Shown here: one piece after another, positions 51,853 to 61,259 of the stretch
Position numbering within the stretch: position 1 is the stretch's first letter
Layout of the letters: the number at the start of each line of letters is the position of its first letter
Source: Desulfomonilia bacterium
GTDB lineage: Bacteria; Desulfobacterota; Desulfomonilia; UBA1062
DNA: 64,000 bases
Reading direction: 5' to 3'
Assembly: GCA_050014195.1 (NCBI GenBank)
Contig: JBEKDT010000002.1
Location: 320,001 to 384,000 of the forward strand
Notes under the pieces: generated by a model
The model's database searches: none
What the model was told of the DNA's origin: nothing
The model's input: only the letters and a program-made list of their open reading frames with translations
Made by a program: the position numbers and the translations under genes

Positions 51853-54567
51853 ATGAAAGAGGGCAATGGCAAAGAGGCAAATGCCCCTGATCTGCGTCTC
51901 CGCGCAGAAAAGCGGCTTGCAGAGGCACGGACCTCAAAAGGACCACACCCGAAGAAAGAAGACACCTCAAAACTGATCCACGAACTGCAGGTCCACCAGA
52001 TAGAGTTGGAGATGCAGAACGAAGAGATCATGCAGGCACGCACCGAGATCGAGGTGAGCCTGGAAAAGTACTCCGATCTCTACGATTTTGCTCCGGTGGG
52101 TTATTTTACCCTTACAGACGAAGGTATCATCCGGGAGGTCAACCTTACGGGCACGGCCCTTCTGGGGGAGGATCGTTCACATCTGATCAACCGGAGCTTC
52201 GGTCTTTTCATTGCCGATGAGACGCGACCCGCCTTCTTTGTATTTCTTAAAAAGGTATGTGAGGGCAACACAAAGGAGAAATGCGAGGTCGTGCTCACAC
52301 GAGGTAAAGATAACCCAAGGTATATCCACCTCGAAGGTAGAGCTTGGGAGACCGATAACAGCATGGACCGACTGTGCCTGATGGCTGTCCTTGACATCAC
52401 GAATCAAAAGCTTTCTGAGAAATCGCTCCATCAGAAAACAGAAGAACTGGACCGCTTCTTCAGCGTTGCTCTGGACTTGCTCTGTATTACGGACACTGAC
52501 GGTTATTTCCGTCTATTGAACCAGACCTGGGAGAGAACCCTGGGATTTACCCGTGAAGAGCTCATGTCCAAACGTTTCTTTGATTTTATTCACCCTGATG
52601 ATGTGGAGAGCACCATTGAGGCGGTTGCCGTTTTGGCCTCCCAACGGGAAGTTATTAATTTTACTAACCGCTATCGCTGCAAGGATGGTTCATACCGCTG
52701 GCTCGAATGGCGTTCAGCCCCTGCCGGCAACTTGATCTATGCAGCAGCCCGGGATATTACCAAGCGCAAACTGGCGGAGGAGGCATTACTGAAGGCCAAG
52801 GAAGCGCTGGAAAGAAAAGTGGCGGAACGCACCGCCGAATTACAGAAAACCAATGAGCAGCTGCAACTTGAACTCACTGAGCGGAAGCGGACGGAAAGGC
52901 GTTTGCGTAAGGATACGGAGCGCACAAGCCTTCTCCTTGAACTCTATCTGAACGCCCCGCAGATGTCGGACAAGGAGCTTTATGACTATGTCCTTGAGAA
53001 GGCGGTCAACCTCACGGATAGCTCCATCGGCTTTTTTCACAAGGTCGCTGAAGACCAGAAAACCATTATACTGACCGCATGGAACAACAAGGCTCTCATG
53101 AACTGCACGGCCGTCTTTGACGATCACTATCCCATTGATCAGGCGGGGAACTGGGTGGACTGTGTTCGTCTCAAGAGGCCGGTAGTGTACAATGATTATC
53201 CGAACTCCCCAGACAGAAAAGGGTACCCGGAAGGTCATTCTCCCGTAGTGCGCTTCATGAGTATTCCCGTCCTCGATCGGAATAAAGTCAGGATAATAAT
53301 CGGCGTGGGGAACAAAGCGGAAGAGTATGATGAACATGACGTTGTCCAATTACAGCTGGTAGCCAATGAAATGTTCAAGATCATCAAGCAGCGTCAATCT
53401 GATGAAGCATTGTGGAACAGTGAGGAGAGCTACCGCATGCTGTTTAATAGCATTACGGACGCTGTATTTGTCCATGAGGTCAACTCAGATGGTACACCAG
53501 GTCTATTCCTGGAAGTAAACGGTGTTGCCTGTGAGCGTTTGGGTTACACACGAGAGGAACTGCTCGCAATGTCACCTGTTGATATTAACGCTCCCGCCTC
53601 TGAGTCCGGGATCGACAATATGCTTACTATCGAGCAATCGGCAGCTGCCCATAATGTAGTCTTTGAGCAGGTCCATGTCACCAAGAACCAGCGGCGCATA
53701 CCGGTGGAGATCAACAGCTGCAAAGTTTCTTTACACGGATGCTCATGTGTAATCTCATTAGTGCGTGACATCACCGATCGCAAGCGGGCGGAAGAAGAAA
53801 AGAAGAGACTAGAGACTCAACTCATTCATGCCCAGAAAATGGAGGCTCTCGGGGCCTTGGCGGCTGGAATAGCTCATGATTTCAATAACATAATTCAACC
53901 CATTCTGATCAATTCAGAACTCATCTCAGATACACTTCCCCTTGGCACACAGGAACGTGAATACCTTGATGTGATCATTGATGCTGCACAACTCGGGAAA
54001 AACTTTGTCAGACAGATCAAGGCGTTCGGCTCCGGCACAAAAACGACGTCCAAGCCCATTGTTTTGGGCCCTGTCGTTCGCGATGCCCTGATCTTCTTCA
54101 AGCGATCGCTTCCTCATGATATCAAATTCAGGCAGAGGATAACCACAAAAGAAAGCCTTGTACAAACAGATCCAACACAGGTCAATCAACTGATTCTCAA
54201 TCTCTGTGTAAATGCGGTACAAGCCATGAACTCCGGTAAGGGTTCCCTCGAAGTATTTCTCAAGGAAACCGAGGTCACTTCGGCTACCCCTGCCCTCGTC
54301 AATAACCTCAAACCGGGAAAGTATATGAGACTCACGGTTTGTGATACCGGATGCGGGATCAATCCGGAAACGCGAGAGCGGATATTCGATCCGTTCTTTA
54401 CCACCAGGAAGGCACGTATGGGCACCGGGCTTGGGCTCGCAATCGCACATGAGGTGGTAAAGAATGCTCAAGGGTCCATACTCTTATATAGTGAAGTAGG
54501 AAAGGGAACACGATTCGAGATTTTCTTCCCGCTGCACCTTGATTCTTTGGATCAGCCTCTTATTTAA
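51853..54567 (+). CDS. PAS/GAF sensor histidine kinase
   Basis: Three PAS domains and a [32 protein letters not shown]. Confidence 0.93.
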   Translation: MKEGNGKEANAPDLRLRAEKRLAEARTSKGPHPKKEDTSKLIHELQVHQIELEMQNEEIMQARTEIEVSLEKYSDLYDFAPVGYFTLTDEGIIREVNLTGTALLGEDRSHLINRSFGLFIADETRPAFFVFLKKVCEGNTKEKCEVVLTRGKDNPRYIHLEGRAWETDNSMDRLCLMAVLDITNQKLSEKSLHQKTEELDRFFSVALDLLCITDTDGYFRLLNQTWERTLGFTREELMSKRFFDFIHPDDVESTIEAVAVLASQREVINFTNRYRCKDGSYRWLEWRSAPAGNLIYAAARDITKRKLAEEALLKAKEALERKVAERTAELQKTNEQLQLELTERKRTERRLRKDTERTSLLLELYLNAPQMSDKELYDYVLEKAVNLTDSSIGFFHKVAEDQKTIILTAWNNKALMNCTAVFDDHYPIDQAGNWVDCVRLKRPVVYNDYPNSPDRKGYPEGHSPVVRFMSIPVLDRNKVRIIIGVGNKAEEYDEHDVVQLQLVANEMFKIIKQRQSDEALWNSEESYRMLFNSITDAVFVHEVNSDGTPGLFLEVNGVACERLGYTREELLAMSPVDINAPASESGIDNMLTIEQSAAAHNVVFEQVHVTKNQRRIPVEINSCKVSLHGCSCVISLVRDITDRKRAEEEKKRLETQLIHAQKMEALGALAAGIAHDFNNIIQPILINSELISDTLPLGTQEREYLDVIIDAAQLGKNFVRQIKAFGSGTKTTSKPIVLGPVVRDALIFFKRSLPHDIKFRQRITTKESLVQTDPTQVNQLILNLCVNAVQAMNSGKGSLEVFLKETEVTSATPALVNNLKPGKYMRLTVCDTGCGINPETRERIFDPFFTTRKARMGTGLGLAIAHEVVKNAQGSILLYSEVGKGTRFEIFFPLHLDSLDQPLI

Positions 54568-54576
54568 GCTCCACAT

Positions 54577-54954
54577 ATGGACACAGGGATCGAGAAGTAC
54601 ATCCTCTTGGTTGATGACAACACAATAGACCTGCGCAGTATCCATCAATTGCTCGTCAATCTGGGGTACGAAGTGACCTCAACCACTAATTCTCAAGAGG
54701 CCCTCTCCATGTTCCGTAACGAGCCGGATAAATTCGATATGATTATAACCGATCAGTTCATGCCGAGGATGAAAGGTGATGAACTGGTAATTAGTGTGCG
54801 TGAGATCCGAAAAGATATTCCCGTCATTGTCTGTTCCGGGTCTGAAGGAGCTCTCCAGGAGCTGCAAAAACAAATGAGAGACTTTCAGGAATTCTTGCTC
54901 AAGCCTTTTTCAAGATCTGAACTTGCAGATACCATCCACCGTATACTGGCATAA
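54577..54954 (+). CDS. Receiver domain, in frame with the preceding kinase (probably a split hybrid kinase)
   Basis: ILLVDD, TDQFMP, KPF; separated from the kinase only by TAA + 9 nt in frame, no SD. Confidence 0.8.
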   Translation: MDTGIEKYILLVDDNTIDLRSIHQLLVNLGYEVTSTTNSQEALSMFRNEPDKFDMIITDQFMPRMKGDELVISVREIRKDIPVIVCSGSEGALQELQKQMRDFQEFLLKPFSRSELADTIHRILA

Positions 54955-55104
54955 GATCACTTTATTTTTTTAAACATGATACCCGCCAGAGCCTAGACTT
55001 GAAACCAATAACACCATACTTTAAGATCTAGGCATGGAAGCATACACTACTTTCTTTCGTAATCGCTAAATATTTTCTCATAAAAGGTCGATGGATAAAT
55101 AAGT

Positions 55105-55962
55105 ATGAACGCAATCATTGGTGCAGTCGTGGTATTGTCCTGTGTGGTCGGCGGATACCTGCTGGAGCACGGGAACCTCAGTGTCATCATGCAGCCGACG
55201 GAAGTCCTCATCATCTTCGGCGCCGCCACAGGGGCACTCCTCATCATGTCTCCTTTCAAGCTCCTTAAGGAGATCCTGAAAAACATATCCAGTGTAGTGA
55301 AGCCGAAACATTACGACTCAAAGAAATACATAGAGGTACTCTCGCTGCTCTATGAGATCTTCAACAAGATGCGCAAGGAGGGTATCATCGCCATAGAGTC
55401 TCACGTGGAGGAACCGAACAAGAGCGAGATCTTTAAAAAATATCCTGCAATCCTGAAGAACAAGCGCACACTTGATTTCATCTGCGACAGCCTTAAGATC
55501 CTGCTTTCCATCGATATACCGCCTCATGAATTCGATAATCTATTGGAGGTGGACATAGATGCCAATACGGCGGAGGCAAGCCATCCCTACCACCGCATCG
55601 CCAAGATAGCCGATTCATTGCCCGGACTCGGAATCGTGGCCGCGGTGCTCGGCGTTGTGCTCACCATGCAAAAGATCAACGAGCCGCCTGCGGTGCTCGG
55701 TGAAAGCATCGGGGCGGCACTCGTAGGAACCTTTCTCGGCGTGCTCACGTGTTATGGCTTTGTCGGCCCTCTTGCAACACTGATGGAGCACCAGATCAAG
55801 GAGGAGGAGTCATATTACCAAGTGGTCCGCATAGCAATCGTCTCTTATGTGGCGCGCTCCATCCCTCAAATCGCTATTGAATTCGCACGCAGGGCCATCC
55901 CGGAGAGTGTGCGGCCCGGCTTCAATGAGCTCGAAAAGATCATGAAGGGCAAAGGCAAGTAA
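55105..55962 (+). CDS. motA: Flagellar motor stator protein MotA
   Basis: PGLGIVAAVLG, IGAALVGTFLGV, EFARRAIP. Confidence 0.93.
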   Translation: MNAIIGAVVVLSCVVGGYLLEHGNLSVIMQPTEVLIIFGAATGALLIMSPFKLLKEILKNISSVVKPKHYDSKKYIEVLSLLYEIFNKMRKEGIIAIESHVEEPNKSEIFKKYPAILKNKRTLDFICDSLKILLSIDIPPHEFDNLLEVDIDANTAEASHPYHRIAKIADSLPGLGIVAAVLGVVLTMQKINEPPAVLGESIGAALVGTFLGVLTCYGFVGPLATLMEHQIKEEESYYQVVRIAIVSYVARSIPQIAIEFARRAIPESVRPGFNELEKIMKGKGK

Positions 55963-56795
55963 TGTCTGAAAATAGAGAACAGCCTGTCATCATAAAAAAA
56001 TATAAAAAGGGCGGCGAAGAAGGGCACGGCGGGTCATGGAAGGTGGCTTATGCCGACTTTGTCACCGCAATGATGGCCTTCTTCCTTCTCCTGTGGCTGT
56101 TGACCATGACCTCCCAACAGAAAAAGATTGCGCTATCCCAATACTTTATGAATTATTCGATCTTTGAAAAGGGCGGTGGTGCTGCCGTTGCAACCCTCCA
56201 GGATGTCCCCGGCAAAGGTATGTTTGATGTAGGCAAGGGTGCAAAGCCCCCTCCCCCATCATCCATGGTTGCGAGCCAGCTTGCAGATAAAGTCAAGAAG
56301 CAGGTTCAAGATAACCTCAAAGAATTTCAGGACAGGGTGCTTGCCTTCGATGATAACGGCAACCTGCGTATCGAGATCATCGATACAGGGGGCACCTCAT
56401 TTTTCAATGTGGGCGGCATCGATCTCTCAGAGAGCGGGAAGGCCCTTATCAAGAATATAGCCCCTGCGCTGAAAGGGTTGGACAAAAAAATCATCATCGA
56501 GGGCCACACGGATTCACTCGGATATAAAGGAATGACGTTCACCAACTGGGAATTATCCACACAGCGTGCATCGGCGGCACGTCTTGAACTCGAGAAAAAC
56601 GGGATACCGCCAAACCAGATCGAGATGGTGGCGGGGTACGCCGACAGCAAACCCTTCATTAAAAACAATCCTGCCGATCCCAAGAACCGCCGTATCTCAA
56701 TTGTGGTTGACAATAAGTCATCAACAAAGCAACCACCTCCAGCCCAGAGCATGCAAAAACCAAAGCTCCCGGATTCGCCGCCTGGCCTGCAATAG
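55962..56795 (+). CDS. motB: Flagellar motor stator protein MotB
   Basis: WKVAYADFVTAMMAFF, EGHTD, NWELSTQRA, NRRI; TAATG coupling to motA. Confidence 0.94.
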   Translation: MSENREQPVIIKKYKKGGEEGHGGSWKVAYADFVTAMMAFFLLLWLLTMTSQQKKIALSQYFMNYSIFEKGGGAAVATLQDVPGKGMFDVGKGAKPPPPSSMVASQLADKVKKQVQDNLKEFQDRVLAFDDNGNLRIEIIDTGGTSFFNVGGIDLSESGKALIKNIAPALKGLDKKIIIEGHTDSLGYKGMTFTNWELSTQRASAARLELEKNGIPPNQIEMVAGYADSKPFIKNNPADPKNRRISIVVDNKSSTKQPPPAQSMQKPKLPDSPPGLQ

Positions 56796-56970
56796 ATCAC
56801 TACCGGATAACCTCACGCAAAGGTATTTGGCCGATTAAGGAAGACTGGCTCCGGCCCCTGCAGGCATGTATGACCTCCAATAAAGGGTTGCCTCTTTACA
56901 AAGGCTGCCTCTTTAAGAGATCATTACTCGTGTTAAAGAAATTACCTATGAAGGAGATACATCAAGGCTC

Positions 56971-57480
56971 ATGACGGATGTGATTCGCAGGTGCACTGAT
57001 TCGGATCTTCATACCATTTTTGAGATAATCAATGACGCCGCTAAAGCCTACAAGGGTGTGATCCCTCAAGACCGCTGGCATGAACCGTACATGAGCCGGG
57101 CTCAGCTTCAATTTGAAATTGAGGATGGGGTTGTGTTCTGGGGGATCGAGATTGACGGAAAACTTGCAGGTGTCATGGGGATACAGGACAAGGGCGATAT
57201 AACCCTGATCCGTCACGCCTATGTAAGGTCGTCCTTAAGGAATACCGGTATCGGCACAAGGCTCCTGAAGCACCTTGAGCCCATGAGCGACAAGCCTATC
57301 CTTATGGGAACCTGGGCGGCTGCGGACTGGGCCGTTGCCTTTTACCGGAAAAACGGTTACCGCCAGGTGAGCCCGGAGGAAACAAACCGCCTGCTGCGGA
57401 AATACTGGTCCATCCCTGAAAGACAGGTCGAGACATCGGTAGTGCTTGCAAACGAAAGATGGAAAGGGTCGACACCATGA
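56971..57480 (+). CDS. GNAT-family N-acetyltransferase
   Basis: RHAYV...R.TGIG..LL, AFYRKNGY. Confidence 0.9.
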   Translation: MTDVIRRCTDSDLHTIFEIINDAAKAYKGVIPQDRWHEPYMSRAQLQFEIEDGVVFWGIEIDGKLAGVMGIQDKGDITLIRHAYVRSSLRNTGIGTRLLKHLEPMSDKPILMGTWAAADWAVAFYRKNGYRQVSPEETNRLLRKYWSIPERQVETSVVLANERWKGSTP

Positions 57481-57573
57481 GGCCTTCACATTCCGGGCAT
57501 TCGCATTATAAAAAGCCCTGAACCTGCTCCACTATGAGTAGACAAGAGGATCGATGAGAGAAGGAGGCTTAGA

Positions 57574-57963
57574 GTGTTTACCAGCATGTTGTTCATTCTC
57601 ATAGCAATTGGTTTGATCGCCGGGATCCTTTCCGGCCTGTTCGGTATCGGCGGCGGAATCATCATCATCCCGGCCCTGATATATATTCTGGGATATTCCC
57701 AGCACAAGGCCACAGGCACCAGTCTGGCCGTGCTCCTGCCGCCGATAGGCATCGCTGCTTTCATCGAGTACTATCGTCATAACAATGTCGATCTGAAGGC
57801 CGCATTCATCATAGCCGCGTTCGCCATCATGGGCGGCTGGGTCGGTTCACTGTATGCAAACCGGCTATCAGGACCGGTGCTACGCCTCCTCTTCGGCATT
57901 CTCATTATCGTGCTCGGAGGATATATGGCAATCGGTGCCCTGAGGAAACTCGGATACCTGTGA
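57574..57963 (+). CDS. Half-size TauE/SafE (TSUP) transporter
   Basis: SGLFGIGGG.IIIP, A.GTSL; ~4 TM helices. Confidence 0.85.
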   Translation: MFTSMLFILIAIGLIAGILSGLFGIGGGIIIIPALIYILGYSQHKATGTSLAVLLPPIGIAAFIEYYRHNNVDLKAAFIIAAFAIMGGWVGSLYANRLSGPVLRLLFGILIIVLGGYMAIGALRKLGYL

Positions 57964-58023
57964 TCATCAGGCTGATCCTTTTCTCTCTTATGGTAATGTT
58001 TAACTCTGCGTATTAAAATACAC

Positions 58024-59175
58024 ATGACTTTTCGCATAGGGGGTCTTCAGGTGAACAAGAAAGTCGATGACACACGGGTCCATCCCCATCAGCAAATGCT
58101 TGCAAAGATATTCACCTCTGTCCGCCTCATGGGGCCGCCCATGAGTGAGAAGCTTCTGGAACTCGTTTGCCATCTCTTCAGCCCGGAAGAGGCCTGCATT
58201 GCGATACATCTGCCCTTCTACCTGCCCAAGTCCCTTGAAAAGATCGCCCGCCGGACCCGGCAAAGTCCCAATGTAATCAGGCAGAATCTGGAGGTTATGG
58301 CACAGAGAAGGGTAATTTACGGTTCTGAGGAGGGATACGCCCTCCTGCCGCTCATCCCCGGCATGTTCGAGTATCTGCTCATGGATGGGAGGGATTCGCC
58401 CTGGCACAGGAGATATGCACAGCTCATCAACGCCCTCTATGCCACCGGCTATACAAGTGAATACAGCACAAGGCCCTCTCCGCTCATCCGCAACATACCC
58501 GTGGAGACTGTCATAGAGAGCACGAACCGTGTTGTGGATTCAGACCTCATGAGCGAGATGATTGAAGCCCATGATAAACTGGCTGTATTGAACGTATGCC
58601 AATGCAGGCAGTCACACATATTCTCGGACCACGAATGCAAACGGTCCAGTGCGGCTGACGGATGCCTCGTCTTCGGAAGCTTTGCCGAGGCTGCCGTTGA
58701 GAAGAGAAGCGGAAGATTTGTGAGCAGGGAAGAAATGCGGGATATCGTCCAGGACCGCTGGGAGAAAAACCTTGTCTTCATGTCGGCCAACCTCGTGCCT
58801 TCAAGCACGAATGCTATCTGCACGTGCTGCGACTGCTGCTGCCACTATATCGAATCCGTCAACCAGTTCGGCGGCCGGGTCTCCCTGGCCCGACCCCACT
58901 TCATCGTGGCTGTAGACGAATCCGCCTGCAATTCATGCGGCAGGTGTGCGAAGGTCTGTAACACATACGCCCACACAGTGAAAGACAAGCAGCATGTCTA
59001 CGATTCGGACCACTGCCTCGGGTGCGGCCTGTGCGTCAAGGCATGCCCGAAAAAGGCCGTCTCCATGAGAGAGAACAGCGACTATTCGCCGCCGTCCAAG
59101 AGTTGGCTGCATTTCGGACTGCGAATAATGCCGGCAAGCATTTTGACTCAAATCAGGGTGGCGATGTCGAGGTAG
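58024..59175 (+). CDS. 4Fe-4S dicluster protein with Cys-rich middle domain
   Basis: CQCR, ICTCCDCCC, CNSCGRCAKVC, CLGCGLCVKACP. Confidence 0.85.
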   Translation: MTFRIGGLQVNKKVDDTRVHPHQQMLAKIFTSVRLMGPPMSEKLLELVCHLFSPEEACIAIHLPFYLPKSLEKIARRTRQSPNVIRQNLEVMAQRRVIYGSEEGYALLPLIPGMFEYLLMDGRDSPWHRRYAQLINALYATGYTSEYSTRPSPLIRNIPVETVIESTNRVVDSDLMSEMIEAHDKLAVLNVCQCRQSHIFSDHECKRSSAADGCLVFGSFAEAAVEKRSGRFVSREEMRDIVQDRWEKNLVFMSANLVPSSTNAICTCCDCCCHYIESVNQFGGRVSLARPHFIVAVDESACNSCGRCAKVCNTYAHTVKDKQHVYDSDHCLGCGLCVKACPKKAVSMRENSDYSPPSKSWLHFGLRIMPASILTQIRVAMSR

Positions 59176-59228
59176 ATCGATCGGTACCCATCAGAAATAA
59201 AATGAACATATTGCAAGCGAGGTGAGGG

Positions 59229-59708
59229 ATGGAGACCTGGAAACTCCCGCCTAAGGCTAAAATATATGAGGCCATGAGTGCGGTCGCCGACAACAGAATA
59301 AAGATCACGGGCACAACAAACGCCGAAGTAACCTCATCGTCGCATGACAAGACTTATACCGTGGTATGGAGCGAGGACCTCACCCGGATCACGTCCAATG
59401 ACAATGCCTCCTATTGGCAGGGTTACTTGGGCTACCCCATCGTTGCGGTGCTCATGATGAGGGGGGATGTCACCTTCGACAGGGAGATCACAGAGCACCT
59501 CAAAGGCATTCCCTGGAAAGATATCAACAAACGGTTCAGGAACGACTATGAAAAGGCCGTGGACTCGGTGCTGAGCTCGCTTGAAGAAAAGGGGATCGAT
59601 ACGGGTATTCTCACAGCAGAAATAGAACGGATCATGGCCCAGCTCGGGCATCTCTCATTAAAGAAACTCTCCAAGGGTGCACGACCACCGAAAGAACGGT
59701 CCGGCTGA
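59229..59708 (+). CDS. Conserved-looking hypothetical protein
   Basis: Good SD (GAGGTGAGG), 159 aa, WKLPP..KIYEA...SNDNASYWQGYLGYP. Confidence 0.75.
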   Translation: METWKLPPKAKIYEAMSAVADNRIKITGTTNAEVTSSSHDKTYTVVWSEDLTRITSNDNASYWQGYLGYPIVAVLMMRGDVTFDREITEHLKGIPWKDINKRFRNDYEKAVDSVLSSLEEKGIDTGILTAEIERIMAQLGHLSLKKLSKGARPPKERSG

Positions 59709-59772
59709 CGATATTCTCACTTGTATCTGTTCCGTGCAGAAATGCCTTTTTAATTGTCGGCATAAGTCTTTA

Positions 59773-61047
59773 TCAAGTCAGCCAATGGGGCCGGTCAGAC
59801 ATCCAAACCCTCACCGTCTCGTGCAGCCAATCATCGAGTCCTTTCACCATATAAAATCGCGGGAAAAGGAGATTGTCATGAGGGGAGATCACACCCTCAT
59901 CAACGGCGATTTTCGCCAGGGTCGTATAAGGATAAATGCGGATGCCGATGGTAATCTTCAAGGCATCCAATCGAAGCGAATCAGCAAAGACAAGGCTTTC
60001 TTCAACCGACTCTTTCGTCTCGCCGGGACCTCCCAAAAGCAGGAAGCCCATCCTTTTTATCCCGAAGTCCTTCAGCATTTCAGAAGTCTTGAAGATTGTA
60101 TCAAGGTTATACTTTTTATTCATGGTGCGAAGAATTCGCTCACAACCGCTTTCGAATCCCAAACTTACCTCTGTGCAACCGGCCCTTGACAAGAGATCAA
60201 TAAATTCTTCATCAACCTTCCCGGGGTAAATGATGCACCGAAAGGATATCTTCAATCCGCTCTTCATAAGCTTAGAACAAATCTCTTTGGCATAGGGCAA
60301 AGGGATATTAAAGGTATTATCGACAAAATAGAACCGTTTGAATCCTGCATCAACGTGGCCGGCTATTTCCTCAATGACTAATGAGGGACTTCGTTTCCTG
60401 ATGGAGCGGCCTTCGATTACACTGGTTGAACAATAACTGCAGTCCATGGGACAGCCGCGCCTCGTCTGAACCGGCATCCATATCTCCTGTTCGTTGGAGA
60501 CACTGAGAGACGAGATGAAGCTATCGGCCAAAGGCAACGTATCCAGGTTTTTCACAAACTTCCTTTTCCCCTGAAGTCCAAGACCCCGCAGATAGAGGCC
60601 GGGCGTTCCGGAAAAGCCTGCACCACGTCTGATCCGATCCAGAAGGATGGGGAATATGCCTTCTCCCTCTCCTTGTATTCCCATATCTGCTTCCAGATAA
60701 TCCAAGACACTTTCCGGGAAGATGCTGTACCCTGCCCCGCCCAAGACGATTATGGCGCGAGAAAGATCTCGACAATCCGTTACGGTTTTCTTGACCTGAT
60801 CCAATAAAAATCTCGGGCCTTCCATCTTCTGGTCGTCTATATTTCTTACGGAGATGCCTATAACCTCTGGATGAAAGGTTTCAACTGCCTCCATGATGGA
60901 CAACCGGTTGTCCTGCCGGGTCATAAGGTCAAGCAATCTTACCTCATGCCCTGCGTTTCGTGTCGCTGCGGCAACACAATTCAATCCCAAGGGCAACGGA
61001 AGGATATTGATCTGTTCAGTATTTGCGGAAATGAGGAGTATTCGCAT
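59773..61047 (-). CDS. B12-binding radical SAM protein
   Basis: PLGL, SVRNIDD, LGGAGYS, RGCPMDCSYC, VDNTFN, GGPGET. Confidence 0.92.
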   Translation of the reverse strand: MRILLISANTEQINILPLPLGLNCVAAATRNAGHEVRLLDLMTRQDNRLSIMEAVETFHPEVIGISVRNIDDQKMEGPRFLLDQVKKTVTDCRDLSRAIIVLGGAGYSIFPESVLDYLEADMGIQGEGEGIFPILLDRIRRGAGFSGTPGLYLRGLGLQGKRKFVKNLDTLPLADSFISSLSVSNEQEIWMPVQTRRGCPMDCSYCSTSVIEGRSIRKRSPSLVIEEIAGHVDAGFKRFYFVDNTFNIPLPYAKEICSKLMKSGLKISFRCIIYPGKVDEEFIDLLSRAGCTEVSLGFESGCERILRTMNKKYNLDTIFKTSEMLKDFGIKRMGFLLLGGPGETKESVEESLVFADSLRLDALKITIGIRIYPYTTLAKIAVDEGVISPHDNLLFPRFYMVKGLDDWLHETVRVWMSDRPHWLT

Positions 61048-61259
61048 GTTTTATTCTGACTCAAGGATGTTAGATCAATATCGATCTTTTTTCAATAATC
61101 AAGAAAATGTGGCCAAATTAATAGTAAAAATGATGGACTGTTGCAATAGACAGGGTTCATGATACATAAGAGAAATGAGCGTAAGGGTCTGATCTTGATG
61201 AAAACGCAAACCCTTGCAGATGATGTCCAGTTCAATGACAAAGGGGAGTATTACCCGTC

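Noticed and set aside
51814-51855. CheB/CheR fusion in frame with the downstream kinase (possible split gene)
   Set aside because: Two stops intervene (TAG, TGA) and the kinase has its own SD-like GGAAGAGG.
55105-56795. Zorya ZorAB defence motor
   Set aside because: MotA is normal length with no long cytoplasmic tail, MotB is the canonical flagellar type, and no zorC/D/E is adjacent.
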